DNA of 64,000 bases from the human T2T-CHM13v2.0 reference genome, Homo sapiens: assembly GCF_009914755.1 (NCBI RefSeq), contig NC_060925.1, one strand, 5' to 3'. Shown piece after piece: positions 25,572 through 40,122 of this stretch. The notes under the pieces were generated by a model that saw nothing but the letters and a program-made list of their open reading frames with translations, made no database searches and was not told the origin of the DNA. The first letter of the stretch is position 1. Every line of letters begins with the position of its first letter. Made by a program: the position numbers and the translations under genes.

Positions 25572-26384
25572 TCACTGGAAAATATTTTGATGAGCTTTCC
25601 CCCATCTGAGCTTTTTTTTTTTTTTTTTTTAAATCATGAAATAAACCCTACAGATCCACCTTAGAAAAGGGTGATTTTGTAGCTTGGCTAAGTGAAAGTG
25701 GGCAATGGGCAGTTTGAGCATGGTGGGGGCTGGGGGACATTTGAGAGCCTTTTCCCAGACTCAATCTGAGAGTGGAGACTGAGCAGTTCAAAATGATATC
25801 CTGGAGGTGCTTTGGATGATGCAGTGGGTTTGTTTTTGATCTGGCTCTCATCTTCTTGGCAAGTGTGCTACCAGCAATGTGTTTATGAAGCCACATTGTC
25901 ACAATGTTTGCTTTGACTCTGTTTTGCCCGGCAATGTCAGTGACTAGACACATTTTTCTGTGATGTCACCAAGCTCCAGGAATGATTGCTTCTGAGCACA
26001 GAGAGATCACGTGGAGACACGTGATCAATTCCTGACCTGGGAATCACATGGAACAATTCTATTTGTACCCATGAGCCTCAATCATTAATCTAGCAGCATT
26101 TTAGTCCTGTGGATGTGTGTGATTAGTTGAAGTTATTTAAAAGAGGTTCCATAGAAAGCCTGAGGGTTAAGGGAAAGGACTAAGCAGCAGCTCCCTTGCT
26201 AATGCCAGCGGGAAAGACACAGTTTCCTCTTTTAGGGATATTGATATATGAAGGCAGTAATTTGTGGTTAATGGTTAAGGTTTTGGGGCCAGACCATTCT
26301 GGGTCAAATCTTACTCTTACAAATGCTATGACCTTGGGCAATTTTCTTATCCACAAAACAGTGATAATGCTAGCAATTACATGT

Positions 26385-26950
26385 GGCAGTTAAGATGCCT
26401 TTGGTTGTGAGCAACAGAAAGTTTAACCCAAACCAGCTTAAAGGAACTATGTTTGTGAAGTCCTGAAGTGGGCCTGACTTCAGGTGTGGTTTGATTCAGA
26501 TGCTCACAATGCCCTAAGGTCTCTTGTGTCATTACTCTGCAATTCTCTTCACTATACTTTCCTTCTGCTATTAGCTATGTGCTCAGGCAGCCTTGCCGCA
26601 AGGCAGCATCAATGATTCTGGACCTTATGTCCTCACATTGCACCATATAAAAGAGGGGAATTTCTCTTCTGGTAGTTCCCATGGAAGAAGGAAAAGTCAT
26701 TTCTGAGAAGTCTTCAGCAAAAGTCTCCTTATGTCTCAAGTCCTGCATTAGTTCACAAACACAACTCTGAACAACCATTGGGCCAAAGAGTTCAAATATT
26801 AGACTTAAGGCTAACTCCTAGATGGGAGAGTGGAATCAAATTCATATCAACCACCTTGCAAAGGATATAAGAGAGGCAATTCCCCAAAGGAAAATATGCA
26901 TATTGTTCTAGGAAAAAGAGAAAAATGATGCTATCAGGCATCCAACAATA
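26385..26950 (-). mobile_element. MLT1-family (MaLR) solo LTR nested inside a MIR (MIR halves ~26250-26385 and ~26955-27000)
   Basis: ttaagatgcctttggttgtgagcaacagaaag...aaaccagcttaa is an MLT1J/K-type end. MIR sequence resumes at tgtgaagcgcttagcaaagtgcctg. Confidence 0.65.
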
Positions 26951-28794
26951 GTAGGGTGGTTGTGAAGCGCTTAGCAAAGTGCCTGACCCTTGGAAGAACT
27001 AGAAAAAGATAACCAGTGATTATTATGCTGGTGTGAATGTGGAACCACTGTTTCAGCCTAGAAGTGCCACCTCACCTTTTCTTCTTTCATCTGTAATTCC
27101 TGCCTCTCCTCTTTACCACATCTGGAGAACTGGATTCTAGCCTTGGTGCTGTGTCTGAATTGCTGTGTGGCCTTGGCCAAGTCGCTCAATTCCTGTCTGT
27201 CAAAAGAGAAGTTTGAATGAAATATGAGCTGAGGCACGTCTCCAGAAATAAAGTGGCTTTTTTTTTTCTTGGCTCCCTGGAAAGCCTTACATAAAGTCGG
27301 TCATTTGGGGAGATGTTTGCGGTTTAACTTGAAGAAAAGACTTTGAAGTCAGGCATATCTGGACTTGCTTGGCATCTGCTAGTGCTATGATAGTAGGGAA
27401 CTTAATCACTCTGAGCTTCAGCCTCCTTTATGGTACAAAGAAAGGAGTGATAAATAATACCTTTCAAGCCTGACTTAAATGAATATGATAGAGTTCAAAT
27501 GAGGCACAAAAATTTATACACTGGCAGAACGAATAGAACAGTGACTTGCATTTAAAAAATGTATGTTGATTATTTCATCTGCTTTCGTTTTCAACATCCT
27601 ATCATTTGTCTGATGATTTCATATTTTTCCCCTTCAGGGATATTGAGATGTTGGAAAGCTAAATTGGGAGGATACCTTTGGATGTATCATGATGTGAAAT
27701 CAGAGGGCACATGTCTCCCTCCCCTACCAGGCTGATGATCATCACATATAGGGCTAAATGAAAAATAAGTAAATATTCAACCAATATTAGTAAATATTCA
27801 ATCGATATCCCTCCTTTTCTTCTCTCTTTCTTTTCTGGATTTTTGTTTTGTTTTTGTTTGTTTGTTTTTTTTAAATCCCTGCACATACCTTTGGCTCACT
27901 GGTTCTACCTAGTGGCAATTGTAGGTATTACTTAAGCTTGATGGTGGCATCAGTCTTTAAAGAAGTGTATGATCCTTAAAGCCGAACAGAGTCCTGAAGT
28001 TGAGATCCTGCCCTATCCCAACTGTGGAGCATCAGCAGTGAGGCTCAATGCTGGGGGAGCTTGGAAGAAACGTGTCCTGATAATGAGTGCTTGAATTCTT
28101 CTGCCAGTTGGCAGCTTAGTCAGCAAAACCAGGTTTTGGGGACTGGAATTTTGTAATACAACAGTGCTTTTTACCTTAACAAGCTGAGATGAACTGATTA
28201 AGATGAGTGTGAAAATCTGAGGGGAACATAAATTGGAGAGCAGGGGTTATTGAGCTGGTAGATGAGATTGACAAGACAGCTCCCTAGCTCCTATAGAATA
28301 GCGGCTGTTATTGGCAGGATCCTCAGGTGCAACCATGTGTCCAAACACCTGAGTGCTCTGTATTAATGTAAAAATGTTGATGATGTACTAAACCTCCAAA
28401 GACTTTGAAATAATACTTTCTATGGCATTCCTATCACTGTAGGAACAGGATAAATTATTTTACAAGTACAAACACTTCAATAATGGAAAGGATAGAATGC
28501 AGAATTGTTTTAGTTTCAAAAGACTGCAGGACTTCTTTGCTCTCTAGGTGGTAAATACAATGGAGGAAGATGTGTCCTCAGGGTTAATTCCAGCAGGCCT
28601 GGAATTAGCCTGAGGCATTTTGCTAAAGTTCCCGCATGGCACTACCCTGGTTACTGAATACTAGTGTTGCTCTGAGGAGTGTGAGGCAGTTTGTACTGGC
28701 TTGTGAGAGTAAGATTGTTGATTTGCACTTGATGTTAGTGAGCTTTCTGGAGGGCTCTGCTATTGGGTTGGTTGCATAGCAGGAATATGTGGGG

Positions 28795-29104
28795 TTTTTT
28801 GTTTGTTTGTTTGTTTTGTTTTGAGATGGAGTCTCATTCTGTCACCCAGGCTGGAGTGCAGTGGCACTATCTCAGCTCACTGCAGCCTCTGCCTCCTGGG
28901 ATGCAACGATTCTCCTGATTTAGCCTCCTGAGTAGCTGGAATTACAGGTACATGCCACTAGAACCGAGTAATTTTTGTATTTTTGGTAGAGACAGGGTTT
29001 CACCACGTTTTCCAGGCTGGTCTCCAACCCCTGACCTCAGGTGATCCACCTGCCTTGGCCTCCCAAAGTGCTAGGATTACAGGTGTGAGCCACTGTGCCC
29101 AGCC
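28795..29104 (-). mobile_element. AluS (Sx/Sz-like) with (GTTT)n tail
   Basis: Alu dimer. TSD AGGAATATGYG at 28781 and 29105. Confidence 0.95.
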
Positions 29105-29835
29105 AGGAATATGCGTTTTTGATCAGCAAAATATGTGTATAAAAGAACAACCCTCAGTTGAGATTCCATTTTGGGCTTTCTGGTTCCAAGTTGTTCCATG
29201 CATTTGTAATTGGAGAAAGTGTGTTCAGTCACAGCCTTCACAGAGCGGGTATAGTAGGAGCCTGTACCTGGTCTCCCCAGAGCCGTTCCTGTAAGTCAGG
29301 CTTTAGCCATGATGTATATCCTTATATTAATGCTGTTACAATAGTGTATCCTTTGTGTGAACCATCATCATTTTGGGTCCTGTGACTCTTCTTTGGCAGT
29401 CCAGCCCTGTTTAACTGCCACTGTTTGTTAGTGATGGAGTAACATATTTTTCTGTTCTTGCACAAAAACCCTGGATTTTGACCAAGGAGCCAATAGTAAT
29501 TAGCTTTGCAACCTTGGGTAAGTGATCTAATTTCTCTAGCTTAGGGTTTTTAGGCCATGCAATCAAGAAAGCAATATTATCTACTTTATCTATTTAACTT
29601 CGGTGTGAAAGAGATTAACTTTGAAGCACCATGTAATAATTTATTATCTTTATTATTATAAAAATTAATACTAGTAATAGTTTTAGTAATAGTAGTAATA
29701 CTTTTAGGTGATTGTAGAATAATTAGGCAGTATAGAGAAACCCCTGGAATTGGAATGTGGGGTCACGAAAAGTTGCCTTTTAAAAAACAAAATAATGAAA
29801 ATCAATCAATTATTAGTACATTTTGTTTGCCAAGC

Positions 29836-30547
29836 TATTCCCGGAACCAAGCCAGGTCCGACTGCGTTTTCTCCAGTCCCAATAATGAGAAGCAGACAAA
29901 CTAGGAAAGAAGGGAATTTATCACTGTAACCAGATACACAGAGAAGGCCGGAGGTAATTCCACCAACTCAAAGTGTTACAATTTTCTTAGCGCTTATATA
30001 GGTTGGGGCTATGTGCCTATGTGCAGTATAGCATTCGCCTAAGTCTATTGGTAACTGATTCTGTTTCAACTAGAAGGTCAGAGGCAAAAATTGCTTGCTA
30101 AGTCCAATTAAAAGGGCCCCAGTACCTTCAAGGCCTGTCTACTGCGGTACCAGAGTGATTATTTCTATCTCATCTCCTTTACAGCTTGGTCCGGAGAGCT
30201 GCCTTAGACTCTCCGATGAATCTATTCAAACAGCTGCCTCTGTTACCTTGACTTGTCTCAGATTTTGTCAATGAAAGATGGGTCCTGGCAGTAGGAATGT
30301 AAGACTGTCTCTATTATTTTGGTTTGCTCCAGGTTAGGGAGAAGCCCATGCAAGGTTCCTACTGACCATATGTTTCATTTCTAGTTTTGATGTCTGGGCA
30401 TTGATTTCCCTAGGTTTGACTATTTGCTCAATGGTAAGACAGTGCTATGGAAATTTGTCTGTGTAACTGGAGTGCTATGTAGGCCTGTCTGTGTGACTGT
30501 CATGCAGGCCTGTCTGTGTGATTGTCAGGGAGAATTGGCCTGCCACA
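29836..30547 (-). mobile_element. ERVL-class solo LTR (~710 bp; LTR62/LTR47/MER54-type 5' end)
   Basis: Minus strand starts TGTGGCAGGCCAATTCTCCCTGACAATCACACAGACAGG. Internal CCAAT (~30047) and TATATAAG (~29993-30000). AAGC on both flanks as a short TSD. Subfamily uncertain. Confidence 0.75.
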
Positions 30548-30682
30548 AAGCCATCTGTAAAATATCCTACTCTAAGGAATAATTTCTAACTATGTTGCTG
30601 ATGGGAATTTAAGAGTTATTCACATACAAATAAGAATAGTTACATGTAACTAACTTTTACTGACTAAAATGTGTATTTTACA

Positions 30683-31032
<350 letters not shown>

Positions 31033-31349
31033 CTATTACTATTCCATGTTGCAGACATCAGTTTTGTGTTTCGCATGTTAAAGTTTGAAGTGGCCTTAAA
31101 GGACATCTAGTTTATCCCAGTCCTTGAATGTAAACAGATTTTAAAAACGAAGAAGCGACAATCCAGGTGGGCTGGAACTTCTCCACATGAGGTGCAAATT
31201 ATTAGCAGGGTAGAGCGTAAATCTCAGATCTGACTTCCCATCGCATGTTCTTTCAGATATTGTGGCTTGATTGGCCTTATTCCAGACCCTTGGAAGTCCA
31301 GGTGTCAAGAGTAGGGAAGGCCTTTTTCAGTAAGAACTTTGCAGTCTAG

Positions 31350-31881
31350 TGGAAAAAAACAGGTAAGGACTGAACTCTGACATTTTTACTTTCTCAGATT
31401 TCTTTTTAAGGGCCCACAGGGAGTCAAATCTACAAGACATAAAATTATGTTAAACAAGTTTTTTTGACCCAGTATATTGTGGCTTACTTTTGCAACCAGA
31501 CTCTGGTATGGCATCATGTAACAGAAAACAGACCCCCTTGTCTTAACTGAAGCATTCCTTTCTACTGACTCCAAGTTTTTAGACAAAGCTCAACTCTTTC
31601 AACCAATTGCCAACTAAATAATCCCTAAACTCACCTGTGTCTTGTAAGCTCTCACTGCCAGATGTCCTGCCTTTTTGAATAGACTCAATGTACAACTCCC
31701 ATGTATTCGTTTATGTTTTGACATGCAATTTCTGTCTCCCTCCCAAACGTTAACCCAACTGCCTTGGGCACACTTTCTCGGGACCTCTTGAGACAGTTTC
31801 CCCAGGCCATAGTCACTCATATTGGCTCAGAATAAACCTCTTTAAATATTCTGGCAGAGGTTGATTTTTTTGTTGTTACCA
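31350..31881 (+). mobile_element. MER39/MER34-family ERV1 solo LTR
   Basis: ttgggcacactttctcgggacctcttgagac...gtcactcatattggctcagaataaacctctttaaatatt...acca. Confidence 0.75.
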
Positions 31882-32189
31882 GTAACTGGCACCTATACTA
31901 AAAGAATGTAATTAGGGATACAGTGAATATATAAGCAACACACATGTTTTAGGAAAACAGTTGAAGAGATACTTTACTCTTCCTGAAAAGGATTAAGGAA
32001 GTCTTATAGAAAGTGTTTTTTTATATATAGCAGTATTCATTTTCAGGACTCTGAAATAACAGGGAAAGCTCCCAGGAGCTTTGGTATGGTGACCCATAAA
32101 TAGTGACCTGAAAGCATGAGTATGAGATGCTTTTAGCAATTTCAGTCCAATATGCATAGCACAGTCTCATTTAAGAACAATATATGTGT

Positions 32190-32415
32190 ATGTCATGGAC
32201 ATAGAGAATGGAAAAATAGACATTGGAGATAACAAAATGGGAGAGTGGGAGGGACATGGTAAGAGTTGAAAAATTACCCATTGGGTACAATGTTCACTAT
32301 TCAGGTCATGGGTACACTAAAAGAACAGACATCACCACTAAGCAATATATACATGTAAGAAATCTGTGCTTGTACCCCCTAAATGTCTAAAAATTTTAAA
32401 AATTAAAAAATAAAA
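32190..32415 (+). mobile_element. L1PB/L1MA 3' end fragment with A-rich tail
   Basis: gaaaaattacccattgggtacaatgttcactattcaggt...tgtaccccctaaat. Confidence 0.85.
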
Positions 32416-32887
32416 AGAATATTTGTGTATTTGTGTGTGTATAATCACAGAAAGAAGTCTCTAAAGTTATATAACAAAATGACTGTAGTTTTCTGGGAGT
32501 GGGAGGGGTGGGGTTAAGATGAATAGGGGTGGGGTAGGCTCAAAGCATTCTGGGAATGAAAGTGAAACTTCTTTTAGTATTTATGTCCTTTTTATGTGAT
32601 GAAATTATGTGAGGTTTTTACTTTACTGTGCATATTTCAATTAAGAAAAAGATGTGCAAGTCTCTTTCATCCTTGTTTTCTTCCATGGGTTTCAAATCAG
32701 AATCCTTTGTACTCTTGATGTAATGGCAAATATTTTGGGGAAACAATTTATTTTTTAATTCTCTCTTTATTAGAGCTCCTCCTCTCAAAGATTCTGGCAT
32801 AACATGTGGAGCCCTGTCACCGGATAAGAAGGCGCACTATTCTATCTCTCCAATTCTACCCTTGGACCAAAATCAGGCACATGGACT

Positions 32888-32967
32888 CTTTCTGCCTTTG
32901 AATGACTTCCTTCCCTTGTATTTGAATAACTTTCTGCCTTTGAATAATTTCTTTCCCTTGTATTTGA
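32888..32967. repeat. 42-bp-period tandem duplication
   Basis: CTTTCTGCCTTTGAATRAYTTCYTTCCCTTGTATTTGA at 32888 and 32930. Confidence 0.9.
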
Positions 32968-33292
32968 GGCTACTTGATAGATTCTCTAGATGAATTCAGA
33001 TAGGACTTACTTTCAGAATGAATACAACTCAGGCTATTAATCTGTGACCTCAGAATACAGAAATTATTATCCCCATCATGTGGATGAGGCAGCTCAGAGA
33101 AATTGAAAAGCTCACCGCAGTCACCTGCCAAATAAATGGCAAAGCAAAGCTATCTGAAGCGAGATCTACCTGACCCCCTAAGCCCATGCTCTCCCCTAGC
33201 ACCATCTGTGTCATGTCTAATGTACAGTTGTCTCATGCTCTAAGATTGTAGGGGTGCTGTGGTCACCTAGCAGCAAACCTTGCTGGCAAACG

Positions 33293-33762
33293 AGCACAGC
33301 TTATAAGCAGAGAACTTCCTCTTTTTGAAGCCACCTCAAACTGCCTCTGGGAAGGAATTCCCATAGCTACTTGGAGGAGCCTAGGTCCTCAGGGCCTGCA
33401 TGAAAACTGGAGTGGACATAGGACACAAGTTGTAAGCAGAGAAGACCTCACTTCAGATAGCTTTACTTTGCCATTTATTTGGTAGGTGACTGGGGCAAGC
33501 TCTTCAATTTCTATGACCTGCCTCATCCTCATGATGGGGATGATAATTCCTGTACACTGAGGTCACAGATTAATAGCCTTAGTTGTATTCATTCTGAAAG
33601 TCAGTCTTGTCTGAATTCATCTAGAGAATCTACAAGCACAGGTGGTAAGCAGAGAAGACTTGCTTCCTCTTGAAGCCACCTCAAACTGCCTCTGGGAAGG
33701 AATTAGCATGGCTACTAGTAGAAGCCTAGGTTCTCAGGACCTGTATGAAAACTAGAGTGGAC
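33293..33762. repeat. ~125-bp direct repeat (33293-33417, 33635-33762) plus a partial third head at ~33433
   Basis: 35-bp identical core TTGAAGCCACCTCAAACTGCCTCTGGGAAGGAATT. Confidence 0.92.
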
Positions 33763-36700
33763 CTAAGGAGAAGAGGGCTAGAGACCTGACACTCAAGCTG
33801 TTTGCATTTACAACCAGTGGTCTCTATATTACTGATTTTCAACTATATCCCAAAGAAGAGTTCAGTGAAAATATTTCCTGGATTCCATAAAAATGTGACT
33901 CATATATTTTTAAAATATATTTTAACTATTTAGAAAAACTTTTTAAAAACCTTTTAAAAATAGTCTGCAGAACAAAACTTCTTTTGCCGTCACTGTACAC
34001 ATATATGAATACCTTATGACAATTAAGGAAAGATAGCTGTACACCAGCCTTGCTTTGAATTTAGAGCTGAACATGTCTGCTGGTATAAAATTGTATCAGT
34101 AGATATGTGTGTATATTCCCCAGTTGTGTCAAGCACAGATCAGACACCTCTCCTCCCCATGCTGTAATATGTATTACAAATGCAATAACAAGTTAAAGTG
34201 GAAGAAGATGGGTAACACAAAACCTTACTTTTGATCATTTTAATGTTTAAGTTCTGGGTGATTTTGTCTGATTTATATTTATGATAATGAATAGAGTCAG
34301 TTATTAAATATTGTTGGTGACTTGACTTTAGAACCAAAAATTAAGACTCATGATTTTTTAAGTGCCTCGATCAATTTAATTGAAGCTATCCTGAGATTTC
34401 AATATGAGCTGTTAACAGTTACAATTGCTTCTCTGTTTGACTTGATTTCTAAAGGTCTGGTTCCCTCAATGTGTAAGTCTCATGTAAGCTTAGCAAACCA
34501 GTAATTTTCCTTCTCAGCCTTCAGTTTTCTGTCTGTACATTGAAGCATTTGAAACAGATGATCATCATGATGTGCTTCAGCTCTGTAACTCTCTGAGGGT
34601 TCTCTTTAGTTCACAGCTTATTTACACAGTTAATAAAATTCATTTCTGGGAGCTCCTCTGCATGTCATCTGACAACTAATGTCAAAACGGCAGAAGTATA
34701 CTAAATAGTAAAGTGGCTTATAACTACAAGTAGATTAAATGCTTACTTGTAGTTTATATTAGGTTCTCACTGACATTGCAATTTGTTGAGAATTATGTAA
34801 AAACTGGAAGAATTAAACATAGCTGAGTAAATGTGGCTGGGATGCACCTCTTCCATGGAGAAAAACCAAAATATTGAGTAAACCTTCACACTTCGAACAG
34901 AACTTTTGAGAGAAAACACTGAAATTTAATAGAGAAGCAACAGAAGACCTCGTGGTTGAAGAAAGAGGAAACAGGGCTGCCTGCTTGGCATCAGGACTGA
35001 CCCCTAGACCCAGGTCACACCCAAGGAAGCAGTGAGTAAAGGAACCCTGGGACACCTCATTCCTGCTGTGGACCTCTGAGCTCCTAGCTACAAGAGTTCC
35101 TATGACCTCTACAGACTGGCAGGGGGAGCTGCCTAGAGAACACACCAAGGGACTGCTTGAAACTGCATGCTAAAGATCTTTTTTTCACAGCTGCAGCAAA
35201 ATGCAACTCTGGGTGCCCACCTTCCAAGGCTTTGCATCCTGTCCTAAGAAGTTGCAGCTCCTGTTGTCTGCCAGGCCAGGAGAGAGTGGAGGTCAGGCAC
35301 TCATGCACCCAAGACAAGCCCCAATGCCATTGCCACAGGACTAAGATGCATCCGAACCACATGCCTCCATCCCTGCTGGTCCCTCCTAAGACTGCCTGGC
35401 CATTCCCAGGAGGAGCTGGGAGGAGACCCACAGTATAGCCTTTACTGCTCCGCCTGAGTGGTTTGTTGGTGGCAGCCTGGGAGCACTTCACTCCCCCATC
35501 ATAGTTGGTGCTAGACCCCAAGGAGACAGAGGGTAATTAAGTTGGCCTGGTTCCAATTTTCTAGGCCTCAAGCACACCACCCAGAAGTATGGAGATAAGA
35601 TCTATGGCCTGATCTCCAGTGGAGGATCTCCTCTGTTAAAACACAGAGAAGAGTGTGTCAGGTTCATGTGGTGGTGCAGGAGCTTGGCACCCCTCTCTTC
35701 ACAACGCTGGTGGGAAGGGTGTGGCCTGATAGCGATTTCTGCTGCAGGGTGTCTCGTGGTCTAGAATACATGGAATAGCTTGGTGATCTTGGCATGGATG
35801 GGTTGAAACTAACCTAATGGGTTAGGTCTGTTGCTCTTGGGGTTGTGGGAGGTGAGTGGGCCTGACAGCTGCCTGCTGCTCTGAAGACCCTGGGCGCCTC
35901 TCTTCCCTTGAGAGTGCCCTGTGTTGCAGGCGAAGGACCTCTGCCCCTCCCTGGAGGGTTGTCCCAGAGGCCTGAGAGCTACCCATAGAACCTCACCAAG
36001 CTTGGTGCTTGCATCCAGCCAGGGGAGCTTGACTGTGGGCTCACCTAACACCGCCTTGCTCAACTTTCCCCTCTTCAGCCACCTTGGCAGCAGAGCATGG
36101 GAGAGAACCCCTGAGAGCTCCACACTCTGCCCCTCACCAGGAACACCCTGGTACATTCCCCCATCAATAAAGTCCAAGTAAAAATTCCACTGCCATCACT
36201 GCAACTGCCTTTTGCCTGCAAGCACCACCTACTGGCCAGGAGGTCAAATTGCATGGTCCATCACAACTTCTGCTGACATCAGTGTATAGCACTCAATTGG
36301 CTCTTACCAGCAAGTGTCACCTGCTGGTCTGTAGGGTGAACTGCACAACCCCAATATGATTCCTGCTGACACAAGGGCACAGTGCTGGGAAACAAGCCTC
36401 TCAAAACTTCTACATCCCCATTTCTATAGGAGGTAGTGAGCTTGACCACATGCACAGCACACAAATACTACAATCTACAAGCAACTAGCATTTGTGAAAA
36501 CCACTACACTAAGACTATCTATGACCAAAGAATTCATATAGAGCCTTGGCTCCCTAAAAACACATAGAAACAAAACCAAAGGACTCTACCCCATATATGC
36601 AACAGTCACACCCTCAAGGGGGGAAGAAAAAAAATCTCATCCAAATGAAAGTAAATTCAAAATAAGAAGTGACAGCTTCTACAAATGAGAAGGAACCAGC

Positions 36701-36827
36701 ACAAGAACTTCAGCACCATGAAGAAACAGAATGTTGTGACACTCCCCCAAAAACACACTAGCACTCTAGGAACGGATCCTAACCAAAATGAAAACTTTAA
36801 AATGACAAACAATTCAAGATATGGATT

Positions 36828-37190
36828 TTTATTAGTCCATTTTGATATTGCTATGAGGAAATACCCAAGACTGGGTAATTTATAAAGAAAAAGAGGTTTA
36901 AAGAACTCACAGTTCCACATGGCTGGGGAGGCCTCACAATCATGGTGGAAGGTGAAGGAGGAGCAAAGGCACATCTTACATGGCGGCAGGCAAAAGAGAA
37001 CATGCAGGGGAACTGCCCTTTATAAAACCATCAGATCTCATGAGACTTATTCACTATCATGAGAACAGCACAGGAAACACCACTGCCATGATTCAATTAC
37101 CTTCCACCAGGTCCCTCCCATGACACATGGGGATTATGGGAGCTACAATTCAAGATGAGATTTGGGTAGGGACACAGTCAAACTATATCA
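36828..37190 (-). mobile_element. THE1C-like MaLR solo LTR inserted in L1 ORF1
   Basis: Minus strand starts TGATATAGTTTGACTGTGTCCCTACCC; 363 bp; 5-bp TSD GGATT/GAATT. Confidence 0.93.
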
Positions 37191-39279
37191 GAATTGTAGG
37201 AAAGCTCAATGATATCCAAGAGAAAGTTGAAAACCAACACAAAGAAACCAGAAAAACAATTCAGGAGATGAAAGATAAGATAGACATCTTCTGAAAAACC
37301 AAAAAGAATATCTGAAAATGAAAAATTTACTGAAGGAATTTCAAAACACTGTTGAAATCTTTAACAATAGACTAGACCAAGCAGAAGAAAGAATTTCAGA
37401 GCTTGAAGACTGGTATTTTGAATTAACCCAGTCAGACAAAATCAAAGAAAAATGAATGCTAAAAAATGAACAAAGTCTTTAAGAAATATGGAATTATGTA
37501 AAGTGAGCAAACCCACAAATTACAGACATTCCTGAGGAAAAAGAAGAAAAAGTAAGTAGTTTGGAAAACATATTTAAGGAATAATTCAGGAAGATTTCTC
37601 TGATCTTATTAGAGATGTAAACATTTAGGTAGAAGAAATTCAGATAACAGCTGGAAGATACTATACAAGACAAACATCACCAAGGCATATAATCATCAGA
37701 CTATCCAAGGTCAATGTGACAGAATAAATATTAAAGGGAGCTAGAGAGAAATGTCAAATCACTGATAAAATAAATTCCATCAGACTAACAGCAGACTTCT
37801 CAGCAGATGCCTTACAAGCTAGAAGAGAAAAGTGGGCCTATTTTTCACTTCTTTAAAGAAAAGAAAATGCTAGCCAAGAATTTTATATCCTGCCAAACTA
37901 AGCTTCATAAATGAAGGAGAAATAGACTTTTCCAGACAAGCAAATGATAAGGGAATTAATCACCACTAGACTGACCCTACAAGAAATGATCAAATTAGTC
38001 ATAAATATGAAAACAAAAGGACAATACTTGCCATCATAAAAGCACATGTAAAAGAAAGCCCACAGACCCTATAAAGCAATTGTACAATTGAGACCCAAGG
38101 CAACTAGCTAACAATGCTATGACAGAAACAAAACTACACATTGAATATTAACTTTAAAAGTAAATGGCCAAAATGCTCCACATAAAATATATATACTATA
38201 GATCTAGGAAAACTGGATTAAAAGAACCAAGACCCAATCATCTTTTGCCTACAAGAGAACGACTTAATGGTTAAAGCACCTACGGACTCAAAGTAAAGGG
38301 ATGGAAAACATGTACCATGAAAATGTAAAACAAAAGCAAATAGGAGTAGCCATCCTTATTATATCAGATAAAACAAACTTTAAACCAACACAATTTTTTA
38401 AAAAGACTAAAAAGGGTATTATGTAATTATAAAGGGTTCAATACAACAAGCAGATTTAACCATCCTAAATATATGTGTACCCAACACCAGGGCATGCAGA
38501 TTCATAAAACAAATACTGCCAGACCTAAGAAAAGAAATGGACAGCAATACAGTAGTAGTCAGGGACTTCAGCACTCCCCTGACATAACTAGAGAAGTCAT
38601 GGAGGTAGAAAGTCAACAAACTCTGGACTTAAACTGAACTCTAGACCAAATGGACCTAATAGACATTTACAGAACATCCTACCCAACAACCACAGAATAT
38701 ACAGTTTTCTCACCTGCACATGAAACATTCTCCAAAACTGACCATATGCTTGGCCACAAAACAAGTCTCTACAACTTCGAAAAAATTTAAATCATATCAA
38801 ATGTCTTCTTGGACCACAAGGAAATAAAATTAGAAATCAATGCCAACAGGAACCCTGAAACTTACACAAGTACATAGGAACTAAACAACTTGCTCCTGAA
38901 TGACTTTTGGGTAAACAAAATTAAGGCCAAAATCAAATTTTCTTTGAAACAAATAATATAGAGGCACAAGATACCAAAACCTCTGGGAAACAGCAAAAGT
39001 AGTACTAAAGGGAAAATGTATAGCATTATATACCTACATAAAAAAGATAGAAAAATCTAAAATTAGCAGCCTAACTTTGCACTTCAAGGGACTAGAAAAG
39101 CAAGAGCAATCCAAACCCAAAGCTAGCAGAAGAAAAGAAATAACAAAGATCAAATCAGAACTAAATGAGATTCAGACAAAAAAAAATTACAAAGAATCAA
39201 CAAAATGAAAAATTGATTCTTTGAAAGGATAAATAAAACAGGTAGATCACTAGCTAGTTTAAGCAAGAAAAAAGAATCA

Positions 39280-40122
<843 letters not shown>

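Noticed and set aside
32495-32513. Canonical G-quadruplex motif GGGAGTGGGAGGGGTGGGG
   Set aside because: A single short motif, probably within an old L1 3' remnant. Common genome-wide, with no supporting context.
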